Of a stretch of 64,000 bases of DNA, positions 1 through 11,344 are shown in pieces. The notes under the pieces were generated by a model. The model saw only the letters and a program-made list of their open reading frames with translations, was not told the origin of the DNA and did not search any database. The position numbers and the translations under genes are program-made. Numbering within the stretch: position 1 is the first letter of the stretch; the number at the start of each line of letters is the position of its first letter. The DNA is from Fistulifera solaris (taxonomy: Eukaryota): the NCBI GenBank assembly GCA_030295235.1, contig AP026126.1, positions 1,054,001 to 1,118,000 on the forward strand, in the 5' to 3' direction.

Positions 1-239
1 GCTGGCGTTGTTCTTTGCGTTCGTTTTGTAGTAGGGCGATTTTCGTGATTTCCAAAATGTGCGCGTTCACAAAGCTTCCGACACCATCATCAAATCGCAT
101 TCTTGATCAATCGCCAAAGAAAAGTGGTATCACCTTCTCATTATTCGATTGATAACGCCAAGCAGTTTTTGCAGTTTTGTATCCACGCTTGGTTTGTTTG
201 ATATTCATCCATCTTGACTTTCGAGTTTATTTTCTCACC

Positions 240-1892
240 ATGTCAACGTTTCGATCGAACGTTCCGATTAGAGACGCGATGGCACCTCCTTCTAAGTTGC
301 GCGGTGACATGGCCCACGCAACTCAACGTCGTGGACGTGAAGCTTTTGATAGCAGTCCCAAGCAGCCTCGTCCGCGCAGCTTGAGTGGCGGTCGTAACAC
401 AGTTCGCTCGAACGATTTGGTTCAAGGAGTCTACGATCGTCTCGGCGTCGCCCGAGGTAACAACACATCGTGGTCCAAAGGTCCGTCGGCCAAAAGTACG
501 AGCGACGATCTCGACCCCATCCTCGCTAGTGCACCGACACAGGAAGAGAATCATGTCAGCAGCAGCAGTTCTACTGGAGGCATCACGAATGGAAGGATGA
601 ATTTCGAGCGTAGTGCGTCATTCCATGATCGCCAAAAGAATTTTGAAAAGTCACAGCCTGGCGGAAGAGGCCGCAGCAATGAACCTACACGGCCCGAGGA
701 AAATCGATCCAGATCGCTTTCTCGAGGTCGTGTCGCCGATAAATGGCCTCCGGCCCGTGAAGTGGAATCCACTGTCGCGAAGAAGCCGTCCTGGCGGGGT
801 CTCAACGGCAGCAGTGCCCACAACGTGAACACAACGACCGCCCATCGGTCTTTTAAAGGCACTTCTTCATCCTATCATTCTCCTACGCCCACTAACTCGT
901 CTCCCGTGCGCTTGAGTCCGGCCAAGAGCCCCAAGCACGTTTCATCATCGCTCATGATGCCGTCGCTGGACAACGACGTCAACAAAGCGAAAGAAGGAGC
1001 GGATCAAACTGAGACTACCGAGAACAGTGATAATAAGGAGGTTTTTGAATCAGTGCGGGAGCGCATGCGTCGTTATTCTGGAACTGGGGCGAAAACTTTG
1101 GGTTCTCGTTTCCCACGTCGCGATGGCAAGCAGTACGGTGCGAGCCTGTCCTCTCGTCAATTTCCTCCGAAAGTAAACATTTACGGGTCGAGTAACGAGA
1201 ATCTTGATCACACAAACGGCGAAAATGATCTGGGTATTGCGGATGAGAAGAAAGATGACGATGCCGGAACTGATTACGAGGGTGCTGGGGCCGCAAGATA
1301 TTCCTCTGCTTTAAGCCGCGCCAGCACTCACGCAAAGTCTCACCATTTTAACACCGATATCTCTCTAGGTAACAGCCACTTCAAATCAGGAAACAAGGTT
1401 GCAGACTCGTATGTTTCATCCCTTCAAGCTTCACCGAAGCCTCAGGCAAAATCGTTCAACGGAGAGAATAAGCCCGCTGGTTACTCTGCACCAGTAACTG
1501 AAATTTCGACCCAATTGCAAGAAACCGGTATCGACAACGATGCAAACTCCATTGCGATGTCTTCTGTGTCTCAAGATGACCTTCACATGCCCACTACACC
1601 GTCCACAAGACGTACTATGTGGAACGATAGAAACCGCGTGAAGGCCATTGCGCCAGGGCCTTCGGCAATGGATGCCGCTTTTATCAATAAAATGATCGAT
1701 GATCGAGTTCAGGCACATATTGCCGATATGGAAACTCGTTTAGGCGCCCAGATGCGTCGCTTCATGCAGCAAATGGATGATAAGATCTTGGAACGGTTGG
1801 AAAAGATGGAGAACAAGCTTCGCAGTCTCCAAGATGCGGTAGAAGGCAAGCGATCCATGGGACGACTGGGGCAACCGCTTCAGCGGCTTTAA
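240..1892 (+). CDS. Hypothetical low-complexity/disordered protein with C-terminal coiled coil (~550 aa)
   Basis: Long uninterrupted ORF; first ATG at 240; Ser/Arg-rich with repeated RSRSLSRGR-like motifs; heptad-like C-terminus (IDDRVQAHIADMETRL...LEKMENKLRSLQ). Confidence 0.75.
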   Translation: MSTFRSNVPIRDAMAPPSKLRGDMAHATQRRGREAFDSSPKQPRPRSLSGGRNTVRSNDLVQGVYDRLGVARGNNTSWSKGPSAKSTSDDLDPILASAPTQEENHVSSSSSTGGITNGRMNFERSASFHDRQKNFEKSQPGGRGRSNEPTRPEENRSRSLSRGRVADKWPPAREVESTVAKKPSWRGLNGSSAHNVNTTTAHRSFKGTSSSYHSPTPTNSSPVRLSPAKSPKHVSSSLMMPSLDNDVNKAKEGADQTETTENSDNKEVFESVRERMRRYSGTGAKTLGSRFPRRDGKQYGASLSSRQFPPKVNIYGSSNENLDHTNGENDLGIADEKKDDDAGTDYEGAGAARYSSALSRASTHAKSHHFNTDISLGNSHFKSGNKVADSYVSSLQASPKPQAKSFNGENKPAGYSAPVTEISTQLQETGIDNDANSIAMSSVSQDDLHMPTTPSTRRTMWNDRNRVKAIAPGPSAMDAAFINKMIDDRVQAHIADMETRLGAQMRRFMQQMDDKILERLEKMENKLRSLQDAVEGKRSMGRLGQPLQRL

Positions 1893-2327
1893 AAACGATG
1901 AATCATCAACGAATATTATGTAATAGTGTTTCAAGTTTATGTATTGAAAAAATCTTAATTGAGAGTAGTATATTGTGGGGCCGCCAACGAAACCACAGAT
2001 CGTATAGAATCCGTCTGCGAAATAATTATTGTAACAGTAGGATGCATAGCGAGTGGAAGGGAGAGCCAATTCGTCGTTTATCTCCGTGGACCTACCTGGT
2101 TGCAGTTCATTGACATTACCATAGTTGCCGTTTGCGGTGCGGTAAAAATCGGGTCGCGTCTGGACATCGCTCGCTCCCGGATTACTAGTTTGACGCCTCG
2201 AATTGTTTTGAATAAAGCTTGCAAAGAATATAATAAGTGAGGAATATTTACAGCAGATCTTCAGACTAATATAAACAATTTACCCAAAGATATATTCGTG
2301 CGTCATCGAGCTCTATTTCTTTACTGG

Positions 2328-3244
2328 ATGATGCGGGAGACAAATCAAAACACTCAATATCCATCGGGATTTCACGCCGTGATGCCTTCGGCCGAAGCTC
2401 CGCCTGTCATGTATCAATACAATAATTCGTACCGACAGCCCGTCAATACTCCAAATTCATTTTCGAATGTACATCAACAGACACCTCCCCTATCGATGGC
2501 ATTGCCGGTCACAAGTCAATGGAAGTGCGTTCCGTGTGATTTAGTGCTCGAATCCAAAAGGCACTGGAGCGACACACCGCGTCGCATGTGACTTGCACGG
2601 AATGTTCGTTCCAAGCAGCCCCAAAAGTAGTCAAAGCTCACCATCAAGCTAGACATGGTAAATTTGCCGGCAGCGGCTTCAAAAATGTCACGGTGGCTAT
2701 TCCGGGGTGTCAAGTCCAGCGATTTCGGATTTGTGTCGGGAATCGACCCGAAGATATTGCCGAATGGATTGCGGAGCGGAAACGAAGATTTCCCCGGCGG
2801 GCTCCTGTAATAAAAGAAGAAAAGAAAAAGGAGGAAGAGAGTGGGCTTTCAACGTTGCTGGCTGGGTACGGTTCCTCAGACGATGATGCGTCGACGGCTT
2901 CAGAGGCCCTACTTGATCCATTCAAAGAAGAGGAACAATCAATGGTCACAGAACAAGTAACAAAGAGTAATGAATCACCAACAATGCTTCGCAAGCGTGT
3001 TTGTCGGTACTTTGTACGCAATGGAACATGCCGAAATGGGGATAATTGCACCTTTCTTCACGAGCTACCTACGCTAGTCACTCTGAACGACGCTTCGCAA
3101 AACAAAGCAGCCAAGCGACCGAAACGAGAGCTGACTCTGCTGGAACAACTGTTACAAAATGACAAAAAACGAGAAAATGCACTGGTGTTGCAGCTTATAG
3201 ATTTTCTTGTGGAGACTGATTTCCTCCAGGGTGATCCATGCTAG
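2328..3244 (+). CDS. NUFIP1: NUFIP1/Rsa1-like box C/D snoRNP assembly factor with C2H2-like and CCCH zinc fingers (1 apparent frameshift)
   Basis: PEDIAEWIAERKRRFP and C-terminal LLEQLLQNDKKRENALVLQLIDFLVETDF match NUFIP1 motifs; CRYFVRNGTCRNGDNCTFLH is a CCCH finger. One extra A in the A-run at ~2556-2559 joins ORFs 2298..2591 and 2588..3244 (WKCVPC...ESKKALERHTASHVTCTEC). Confidence 0.85.
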
Positions 3245-3257
3245 TAGAATTATGGTG

Positions 3258-4340
3258 TTATGCACTAAGCCCTTCCGTGACGGGTATTCTTGAAACGCTA
3301 TCCGTGAGACACCGAATAGTGCTCATTTTCTGACCATTCGTTAGCGACGAGTTTTCAAGAACTGCCAGAATTAATTTGGAAAGCTGTGCCTGTTTGCGCG
3401 GACCGCGGCTCATTTTCGCAGCTAAGTTGGAACGTAGCATCTTCAACATGTTTCCGATATCTACCTCTTGTTTGCTAGACAATGAACTTGGTTCATTTTC
3501 GATACTTTCAGACCGTTGCCGCTTATATGATCTCTGATCGATTTCCGTTTTGCTTTCCTCCATCTCCGCCTCGAGAGACAATCCTGACATCTGGAGCCAT
3601 CTGTCAAAGTACGTGCCTGACAATGCTTCTTTCATGTGCTCTAGAACACTGAGTCTTTCCGCCCCATGTAAGTTTTCCAACGCAAGGTCCAAGATATTTG
3701 CCATGGTAGCCGCCGATCTCCTTCCCATTATTTGTCCGATTAAGTCGTTTACCTCGGATACAGAGAGCTTCTCCTTGACAATCGGAATGTAGTATGTCTC
3801 CTCTTTGTCAAGGTGATCCCTTAAATGCTGCAACAATGCTCGCATCTTGACCTCCAGGTCCCGTGCGAGTTGCTGGAATGCATCAGAAAAAATCTTGTTC
3901 TTGTCAATTGCCTCACTTACTTGCAGTAACAACTGGTTGATTTGTACAAACTTTTGTTGTTCTTCTGCGTGTTCCTTCTTGTACGAAGATTCTTCTCGGA
4001 TGAATCTGATGGTGTTCGAATGACTCGATGATGAAACCGAGTCGTCTTTGACAGAGGCATAACCCGTGGCTTCCACTGCAGGCCACAAAAACTCATCTTC
4101 TGCCGAAGAATGTGCTTGAAAGACACTCCATATTATCTGAAATCGTCCGTAAATTTTTTGAGAAAGAATCCGTAACTCGGATAGCGTCGAGGTCTTCTGT
4201 TCCGCACAGTGCAGGAAGAATTCGACTTCTCTCAGCAATGATTGGAGGGAAGTGCGGAGGCAGTCATGCAAGTGAAGCATCTCGATCAAGGAACAGTCCC
4301 CATCAGTGTTGCCCATTTCGTTCGAATGATTAGTAGACAT
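3258..4340 (-). CDS. Hemerythrin (HHE)-domain protein, BRUTUS/HRZ-like, without CHY/RING
   Basis: HLHDCLR...AHSSAEDEFLWPA...EHAEE...DHLDKEETYYIP hemerythrin ligand pattern, followed by IMGRRSA...MKEALSGTYFDRWL similar to the BTS post-hemerythrin segment. Confidence 0.8.
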   Translation of the reverse strand: MSTNHSNEMGNTDGDCSLIEMLHLHDCLRTSLQSLLREVEFFLHCAEQKTSTLSELRILSQKIYGRFQIIWSVFQAHSSAEDEFLWPAVEATGYASVKDDSVSSSSHSNTIRFIREESSYKKEHAEEQQKFVQINQLLLQVSEAIDKNKIFSDAFQQLARDLEVKMRALLQHLRDHLDKEETYYIPIVKEKLSVSEVNDLIGQIMGRRSAATMANILDLALENLHGAERLSVLEHMKEALSGTYFDRWLQMSGLSLEAEMEESKTEIDQRSYKRQRSESIENEPSSLSSKQEVDIGNMLKMLRSNLAAKMSRGPRKQAQLSKLILAVLENSSLTNGQKMSTIRCLTDSVSRIPVTEGLSA

Positions 4341-4786
4341 GGCGACGAAAGCTTCGTTCGACCAAATAAGAGAGACAATGTGATACTTGCAACTAATAGC
4401 TTGTCGGTGCGAATCTTGGTGAGCCAGCAACAAATAATGCAAAGGAGAATTTCATAAGAATGAGGCCCAAGTTCGCGTTTTGCGAGTTCAAAGAAAATGT
4501 GGCACGAGATCGACACGCGCGTGAAGCGTGCAAAAAAAGTGCGACGTTCAAATACATCCGACGACTACTACTCGACTGAGAAAGCCAGTCACGATAGCTG
4601 CGCAATCTAAAGTCTTAACCTTAACGTTTTTGACGCTGTCTCGAACGTACAAAGCGCTTGTCTTGCGCATCGAAGTGTTTCTTACACGCTGCGAAAGACG
4701 CAGGTCATTGCGTTGATGTTGCTTTCCCTTTCAGCCTTACTGAAGACTGCTTTCACGCATTTATAATTCTTCTCCTTAGAGCTTTC

Positions 4787-5548
4787 ATGTTCTTTTCACC
4801 AGTCTCGTCAAGCTCTCCGGTCGAACTGACGTTGGCCTCAAAAATTGCGGCTGTTCTCGTCGCCAGCATCTTATTGCACGGTTTCTTGTTTCATGGCTCG
4901 GCGTGGAAATCACGTTTTTATCAAGTTCCTGGATCAAATTTACTTGCTGTGAAGGTCAAAATCCTTACCGAGGCTTTGTGCATTGACTGCAAACAATTCG
5001 TGAACGGACAACTCTCGGAAGTATACAATGCTTTGGGCCCGTCCGTCATGGATCTGCAAATTGTACCGTTTGGTAACGCCAAGTTCGTCCACGTGGATGG
5101 TGCTGAACGAGGCGACAAACCTGTATTGCAATGTCAACACGGAGTTGCGGAATGCGATGGCAATATTTACGAGCAATGTGTTGTCATGCAGCTTTACCCT
5201 TACGCTCAGCGATACCTACCGTTTCTTCGTTGCCTTTATGACGAATTACCTATGGGTCACAGCGATCAGCTACTGGATAGAGATGCCATTGCAAATTGTT
5301 CGACAGCCTCAGATGTGGAATGGGTAGATATAGCAGCCTGTCACGACGACGAGAAACAGGTGGCACTACTTCAAAAAAGAGCAAAGTCACAAACTCCGAG
5401 TTATCACAAGGGCGTGCCTTGGGTCGAAGTGAATGGTCGGCATGTTGAAATAACGGACGATGGAGCTTCTTTACTGAGAGCTGTATGTAGGGCTTTTATC
5501 TCCAATGGCGGCACACATCCTTCCTGCTCTTCGAGCCTTGTTGTCTAA
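4787..5548 (+). CDS. GILT (gamma-interferon-inducible lysosomal thiol reductase) family protein, paralogue 1
   Basis: EALCIDC active site, VPFGNA, CQHGVAECDGN signature, VPWVEVNG; N-terminal hydrophobic segment. Confidence 0.9.
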   Translation: MFFSPVSSSSPVELTLASKIAAVLVASILLHGFLFHGSAWKSRFYQVPGSNLLAVKVKILTEALCIDCKQFVNGQLSEVYNALGPSVMDLQIVPFGNAKFVHVDGAERGDKPVLQCQHGVAECDGNIYEQCVVMQLYPYAQRYLPFLRCLYDELPMGHSDQLLDRDAIANCSTASDVEWVDIAACHDDEKQVALLQKRAKSQTPSYHKGVPWVEVNGRHVEITDDGASLLRAVCRAFISNGGTHPSCSSSLVV

Positions 5549-5638
5549 GGTCATTTTGTTCGTCACCGAAGTAGATTAGTTTTGTACCATTTTCAAAAAA
5601 AACAATGTTAACATATACTACATACGCATCATAAGTAT

Positions 5639-6448
5639 TTAGAGTTGGGACTCTTCGCCTTCGGCGCGGCAAATGGAAAATTTTTCGGTCGGCTCGACTG
5701 CGGTTCGAGGGGTAGAAAACTGCGCACAAGCGGGATGAACGCCACCCTTTTTGATATAGGCAGCACAAACTGCTTCGAGAAAAGAGTCGTCACTTTCCAT
5801 TTCGACGTGAGCACCTTCAATCTCCACCCATGGAACGTACTGATGATCCTTGGATGTCAAGGCATAAGCAATTTGTTGCAGTGCGGTAGCTCGAGTCGGA
5901 TCATCATGACAAGCGGCAATCGAGTTCCAGTCCAAAGCTGATTTCTTGGCGCACGATGCATAGATGCTTCGGTCGATGAGCTCGTCACTGTATGCCATCG
6001 GCAACTCATTGTAGAGGCAATGGATATACGGAAGATAGCGCTGTGGGTAGGGATAGAGATACAAGGACACGCACTGTTCGAACGAATTTGCATCACATTC
6101 TGCCTCACCGTGCTGACACACGAGCACAGTTTCATTGGGGTCGTCTTCGCTGGCGACATAGCGCGCGTTGCCAAAGGGAATGACTTGTAGTTCGATGACT
6201 GTGGCTCCGAGGAGCTCGTACGCGGGTGCCAGCGATTTTTGGACAAATTCTTTACAACCTGAACACAATGCTTCATCAAGGACCTTCACTTTCACCGGTG
6301 CAGCAGCGTGCACTGGCACGTGTTCGTCTTGGTTTTTTCGCAGCATGTTGTCTGCCGACACGAGCGTATCTTGGATGGGAAAAAATGCCGTAATGAACAG
6401 GAACGCATTAAAAGTGGCGCGCATCGTAGGCATGTTGCTATTTGACAT
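5639..6448 (-). CDS. GILT family protein, paralogue 2
   Basis: EALCSGC, IPFGNA, CQHGEAECDAN, YVPWVEIEG; signal peptide-like N-terminus. Confidence 0.9.
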   Translation of the reverse strand: MSNSNMPTMRATFNAFLFITAFFPIQDTLVSADNMLRKNQDEHVPVHAAAPVKVKVLDEALCSGCKEFVQKSLAPAYELLGATVIELQVIPFGNARYVASEDDPNETVLVCQHGEAECDANSFEQCVSLYLYPYPQRYLPYIHCLYNELPMAYSDELIDRSIYASCAKKSALDWNSIAACHDDPTRATALQQIAYALTSKDHQYVPWVEIEGAHVEMESDDSFLEAVCAAYIKKGGVHPACAQFSTPRTAVEPTEKFSICRAEGEESQL

Positions 6449-6608
6449 CAGGTTGCCGTGAATCTAAGTTCTGTCGCTTGTTTTATTTCCCTTGGATACA
6501 AGTAAAGTAGAAAGATACACCGACAATTTACGGTGTCAACAAAGAAAACAGAGAGCCATTTTGCGCGCTCTTCAAATTTACTGTGGTTTGAAATGCAAAG
6601 GGGATTAA

Positions 6609-6871
6609 TCTCCAAGACTGGAATTTCAGTCATGAGTCATATTTATCCAAGAAAACACCTTCTGCATTCCGCGCATACGCCATTGTCAACGTACTTGCGC
6701 AAATAAGTGAGAATCTGAGTTTCCCTTAAGTCACCATTTCTCATTGTCAGCAACTTTCCCAGTGCGAGACTTACTAATTGGCGTCGAAAAACCTCTCGAT
6801 GTTCGTCGCCAGCCTTTTTACTGTAGCTTGAAATGTGCCGCATTTTCTCCAAGACTGGGTTCAGTCATGAG
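6609..6871. promoter_or_regulatory. Two copies of the dyad motif (TCTCCAAGACTGG..TTCAGTCATGAG) in a divergent intergenic region
   Basis: Near-identical copies at 6609-6636 and 6846-6871 between divergent genes; the same motif recurs in other intergenic regions. Confidence 0.5.
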
Positions 6872-6974
6872 ATAAAATGGCGCGGAAAAAATCTTTCTGT
6901 TCTTCAAAGAATAAAACTGGCAACGCTTTAAAAAGAGCGGCAAAACAAGTTTCTATACTTTAGCACCAAGAACG

Positions 6975-7662
6975 ATGAGTGAGCACATGAATACAGATTC
7001 AGATTTGCGAGGTCGTCGCCGCAGCAGCTTTTTTCAACGTGTAGGGGCGAGCTTTTACCGGTGGGTGTATTTTCGTCAGTCATTAAGATGGCAGCGTTTC
7101 AACACCAGTAACTCATCCGATGCTTGTTGTCAGATCCGGTGGCGATCGTGGAGCCGATATTGCTACTCTTCGGGGAAATCAGGTAGACTTTGAAGGGCAG
7201 GGATCGATTTCAAGACTTGCTACAGGCTGCGGATGTTTAGGCCGGTCCGATGCTAAGGCACAGCGGACGCTTCTTATCAAGGGCCCATTCTGTTTTGTGT
7301 ATGACATGAAGAACGACTCCTCTCCTTTGTTTGCCGTAAGTCTTCACCGGACCAAAGCCAAGACAGTGGGTCCAAATCATGTGCAGCTGTCTACAACACT
7401 TGGTGATGTTGAATATGATATCTTCTTCAAAGATCCAAAACACGTTCCACTCTTTAATGAAGCAGTTGCAAAACAATCGGCGATTTCGCAATCAGAAGAA
7501 ACTCGTCGCCGGTTGGGACATGGTAATCTAATCAACAAGCGTGCATCGTTGCGGTTTGCCGAAAATGTTGCTAAGACTAAGGTCAAGGAACAACCGGATG
7601 CGCCACCGAACAAGGCAGCCGTCAACGATGCCATGAGGACCCTTGCTCCAGTAGGATACTAG
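6975..7662 (+). CDS. Hypothetical protein, possible PH-like domain; 2 exons
   Basis: GT-AG intron 7061-7133 joins ORF 6975 to ORF 7120 in frame (..FYR|SGGDRG..). DFEG...RTLLIKGPFCFVYD...PLFAVSL resembles a PH fold. Confidence 0.65.
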
Positions 7663-7907
7663 ACCTTATATTCAACGGAAGCAATAAAATTATCTTGCAT
7701 AATCTGTCTTCATATTTCAAAGCAATGATTGGTGTCGGTGTCGTTGTCGGTGCTACTGACATTTCTACTCGAGAGAAGCATGAAAAAATTGGTACTTATT
7801 CGCTCATGCTTTGTTGCGAAAGGAGACCGACAACACTACTTTGAATGTTAAAGCATGCAGGTAAACAGGAAGTCGCTCAAACTGGTAGATCTATACAATC
7901 GCCTTAA

Positions 7908-8814
7908 CTAATCGTGCGTAGGATTACCCGCCACGCTAACCAAGTTGATGCAATAGCGGGAGCCTTTCTTATCCGGCAAATTGTGACCAAGATGCGTCCC
8001 ATCAACACTTACAGTTTCTCCATCGCTGAGCACACGGACAAAATCCCAATTGACCTCTTGATCTGTTGCCATTCGAGGATCCATATTACGTTAGTCATGT
8101 ACCGCGCTGAACGATTTCTACGACATCTAGGTACCATACTTACCACGAAAGCTAGGCCATCCGTGAGCTCTACTTTCTGTTAAAAATTCATCCATGGTTC
8201 GTCCTTTAGGGGCAGTGAATAGCAGCTTTCCAGTGTTCGAGTCGTAAAAATTGATCTCTTCTGGATTTGCTTTGGCATCCTTGATGAAATTGGTCTTCTC
8301 AAAATATCCACTGAGCGGACAACAGGCATTGAGGACACTGTAGCGAGGGGAAAATGGTAACAAATGGCCCCCAACAAACCTACCTGTATTCAGCATAATG
8401 ACGACTGTCGAACGGTGTAAAGGAAGCATGAGGCATTGGGACCCACGAAATAAGCAAAAACATTTATAAAACTTACTTGAAATTACAAATGCGATCTGCG
8501 GTATCACGATCACATCCCCAGCGAAGATTATTTTGAACAGGAACCTGTACTTTGGCAAAAGAGGGGATGATGATTCAATGTATACGTGAATAATGAGGGG
8601 CATCTCTCAAAGCGATCGAATGGCCTATGAAGAATGAATTCGACTTACAGCGGAAGTACCATGCGACTTCGGGGACTGATTTGAAATGATTGTACCCCAA
8701 TGAGATCTTGGTTAATGTCAAATTAAAGCTCGACAAGTAATTTTCCGAGTGACTTACCATGATCGACTCGTCACCCATGACACATGGAGCAGGAAATGAT
8801 TTCTTTCCAAACAT
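7908..8814 (-). CDS. MsrB/SelR-like (methionine-R-sulfoxide reductase fold) protein, 6 exons, 164 aa
   Basis: Exons 8814-8758, 8675-8649, 8544-8477, 8404-8384, 8310-8144 and 8062-7908, all GT-AG, splice into one frame containing HGWPSFRD...GTHLGHNLPD...RYCINLVSVAG. Confidence 0.85.
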
Positions 8815-9375
8815 TTATGGCTTTCTTTCACTTAAAAGGGCTCGTTGATTGATTAACGCTATTCAATAAAAAATGTGAGCAAAAGAAACACTTCCATTGA
8901 ATATTTACCACGATCCACTTTTCGTCGCGAGAATGTGCTCGAGCTTTCTTTGAGAATGAGCAAAACGCGCAAAAACTGCCCCAGCTCACAATACATACTC
9001 CGTATTCCGTGTAGCATTATCAGTTCGAAGGAGTCACGAGTCACGAGTTAGTAATTCGCCACAATGAGTAGTAGTAAGGTTAACGTTATAGTGCTCCACG
9101 AATAAGTCCCAGTAGCGCGTTGCTGGTTGCTCTCTCTAGCTAGTAGAGTAAGCGACCCATAATCAGCAGATGAGAGAATCACACTGGCGCCGCAAGGCAC
9201 AACCGACCATGACCACTCGATGAAATGAGCAACAAGGGATGACCAATCGTTTTATTGACCTTGTTAGTTTCGTTCAACGTTTCCGTTTTATATGCCTTCT
9301 CATCGGAAGGACTTGTTAAGTTGTTACTTTACGAAGTTTCAGTAATATAGAAGCTGCGAATCAGTTTAAATAAAT

Positions 9376-11344
9376 ATGAGCGACGATGATTTGTTTGCGA
9401 CGCTAAGCGGCAGCCTGATGAAAGATCTTTTGGCTGATCTGGCTGCTGAAGACGGTGATGGCGGCTTCATGTCACTGGAAGAACTAGAAAAGGAACTTGC
9501 ATATCTTGATAAGGGATCAACTGCAACGTCTTTGTCACAGCCGCTTTCAGCTCCTCCGACTTCGGCGGCAGCTATGGTTATGGCGAATCGACACGAAGCA
9601 GTGACACCATCCGCTCCGTTATCTGGCACTCCTATGAACAGCGGCCCAGTGCTTGACGCTTGGAGTCTTTCCCTACAAAGCTTTTCTGCATCCGCTTTGG
9701 AGCAGGAGTTTTTGAAGGCTGACTCTGCACGCAAGCAGCAACAACGTCCACCGACTGGAATACCCCCTGGTTTAGATCTATCATCGGTTCAGGTGTACAA
9801 CATCAATGAGGCGTTGAAAGTTGCCGCTCCGCCTGGGATAGCAACTTTTCCTTCTTCTCTGCCTTCTGTCCCGGAAAAGAATGCGGCCCCTCTGAGTGAA
9901 GCGAGTGTCTTGACAGAGGCTGCTGCCAAGCTTGTTGAGCAGATGCAACAAGGGGGAGCAGGAACCCAAACTGTTCCCCCCTCATGTGTCAGAAATTCCA
10001 AAACCTGTTCCAGCGACCCCGCAAAACTCGATCACAATCCGAGGAGGACAGGAGGAGGTACCTACGCCTGCACATGCTGGCAACTTACCCCCGACTCCCC
10101 CGCCTTCGGCTGCCGCGACGCCATTCTTTACTCATGGTCCTCCAGAGATTCCAATAGGCTCAGTCGTCCCTACCTATTTGCCGATCGCTGCCTCTACCAT
10201 TCCCATAGCAGTTCCAGTTCGCGGAGCGGCATGGCAGCATTCGGGCCCGCCTCCACCAAGCCAACCTCGGTTTTGCAATCCCCATCCCCGTGCACCTACT
10301 ATTCCGGCCACGGATTTGACAAGCAAGTACATGACACCTCGAGATATAGGGTACGTAGTTCACGGCATCCTCCGTCACATTCAAGCTGCCGGGGCCTCGT
10401 CTGTCGATGATTATGACGTTCAATACTGGGTCCGTCGAAACGGAAATAAAGCCGCCGAGCAAGCTGTTCTTTCTCGACCAACACCGCAAAAGAAGAAGAA
10501 TGCCGATGATGCAAAAGAGACTGCATCAGAAGCAACTCTCGCTGTTTTGGAGCAGCGCAGTCGACAAGCAAAAGCCAAAGAGTGGTCGAACGAGCACAGC
10601 ACTCTCGGTCTGGTGACGAAGACCAATGTTCATCGTCCCAGGGCTTTGTTGGCCCAGCCAGTGGCTGTCGATCAGAGTGCCAGCGGTAGTGAACAAAAAC
10701 AACGGGCAGCTCTTTGGAAAGCACGAATATATGCCGATCAGGCTTATCAGGCCTTGAACAAAGTGTTGGAATTATGGAGAATGGCTACTCCTGGACAGGT
10801 CCCTGCCTCCATGCATCCGCACTTGTTGCGACTTCTCAAGTGTATGGGAATTCATAAGACTGCAGTTGATGGTGAAGACGATCAGCACGAGTACCGTGTT
10901 ACTGATGAGGATGCCATGCGGTTGTTGTTGAAGCTTGATAAGGGAAAGAACTTACTCAGTCGTGTCCTCGAGCAGGCTTTATTGCCTCCTCAAGCTGTTC
11001 AGGCAGCATTGCCATCCATTTTGAAGGTGCTTTTGAACTCGAACTCTTCCTCAGTGAGCAAAGCAGATGGAGTTGAGGATTTGACAGATAACCGGATCTT
11101 CAGTATACTGTCTCGAATAGTAGAGAGCCTTCCTGAACTTTCGCCGCAATGCTTACTCGCATCCGTTCAGGTAGTACATGGTTCCAGTGGGCAGGCTTTA
11201 CTGACAACGTCACGGATGCAATGTATGCATTCACTGCTTCACCGAGGAAGTGTGGTATCTCAGGATCCCAGTTCTCCCGAGGACTTTAAGCAACAGTGGG
11301 GGATCATAGAGGACTCGTTCCTTGAAATCTTGAGTTCAATGTAA
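9376..11344 (+). CDS. PAT1: PAT1-like mRNA decapping activator (1 apparent frameshift ~9950-9981)
   Basis: Pro-rich middle region, then YMTPRDIGYVVHGILR...DDYDVQYW and STLGLVTKTNVHRPRALL matching Pat1 mid-domain motifs; helical C-terminal domain. Confidence 0.7.
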
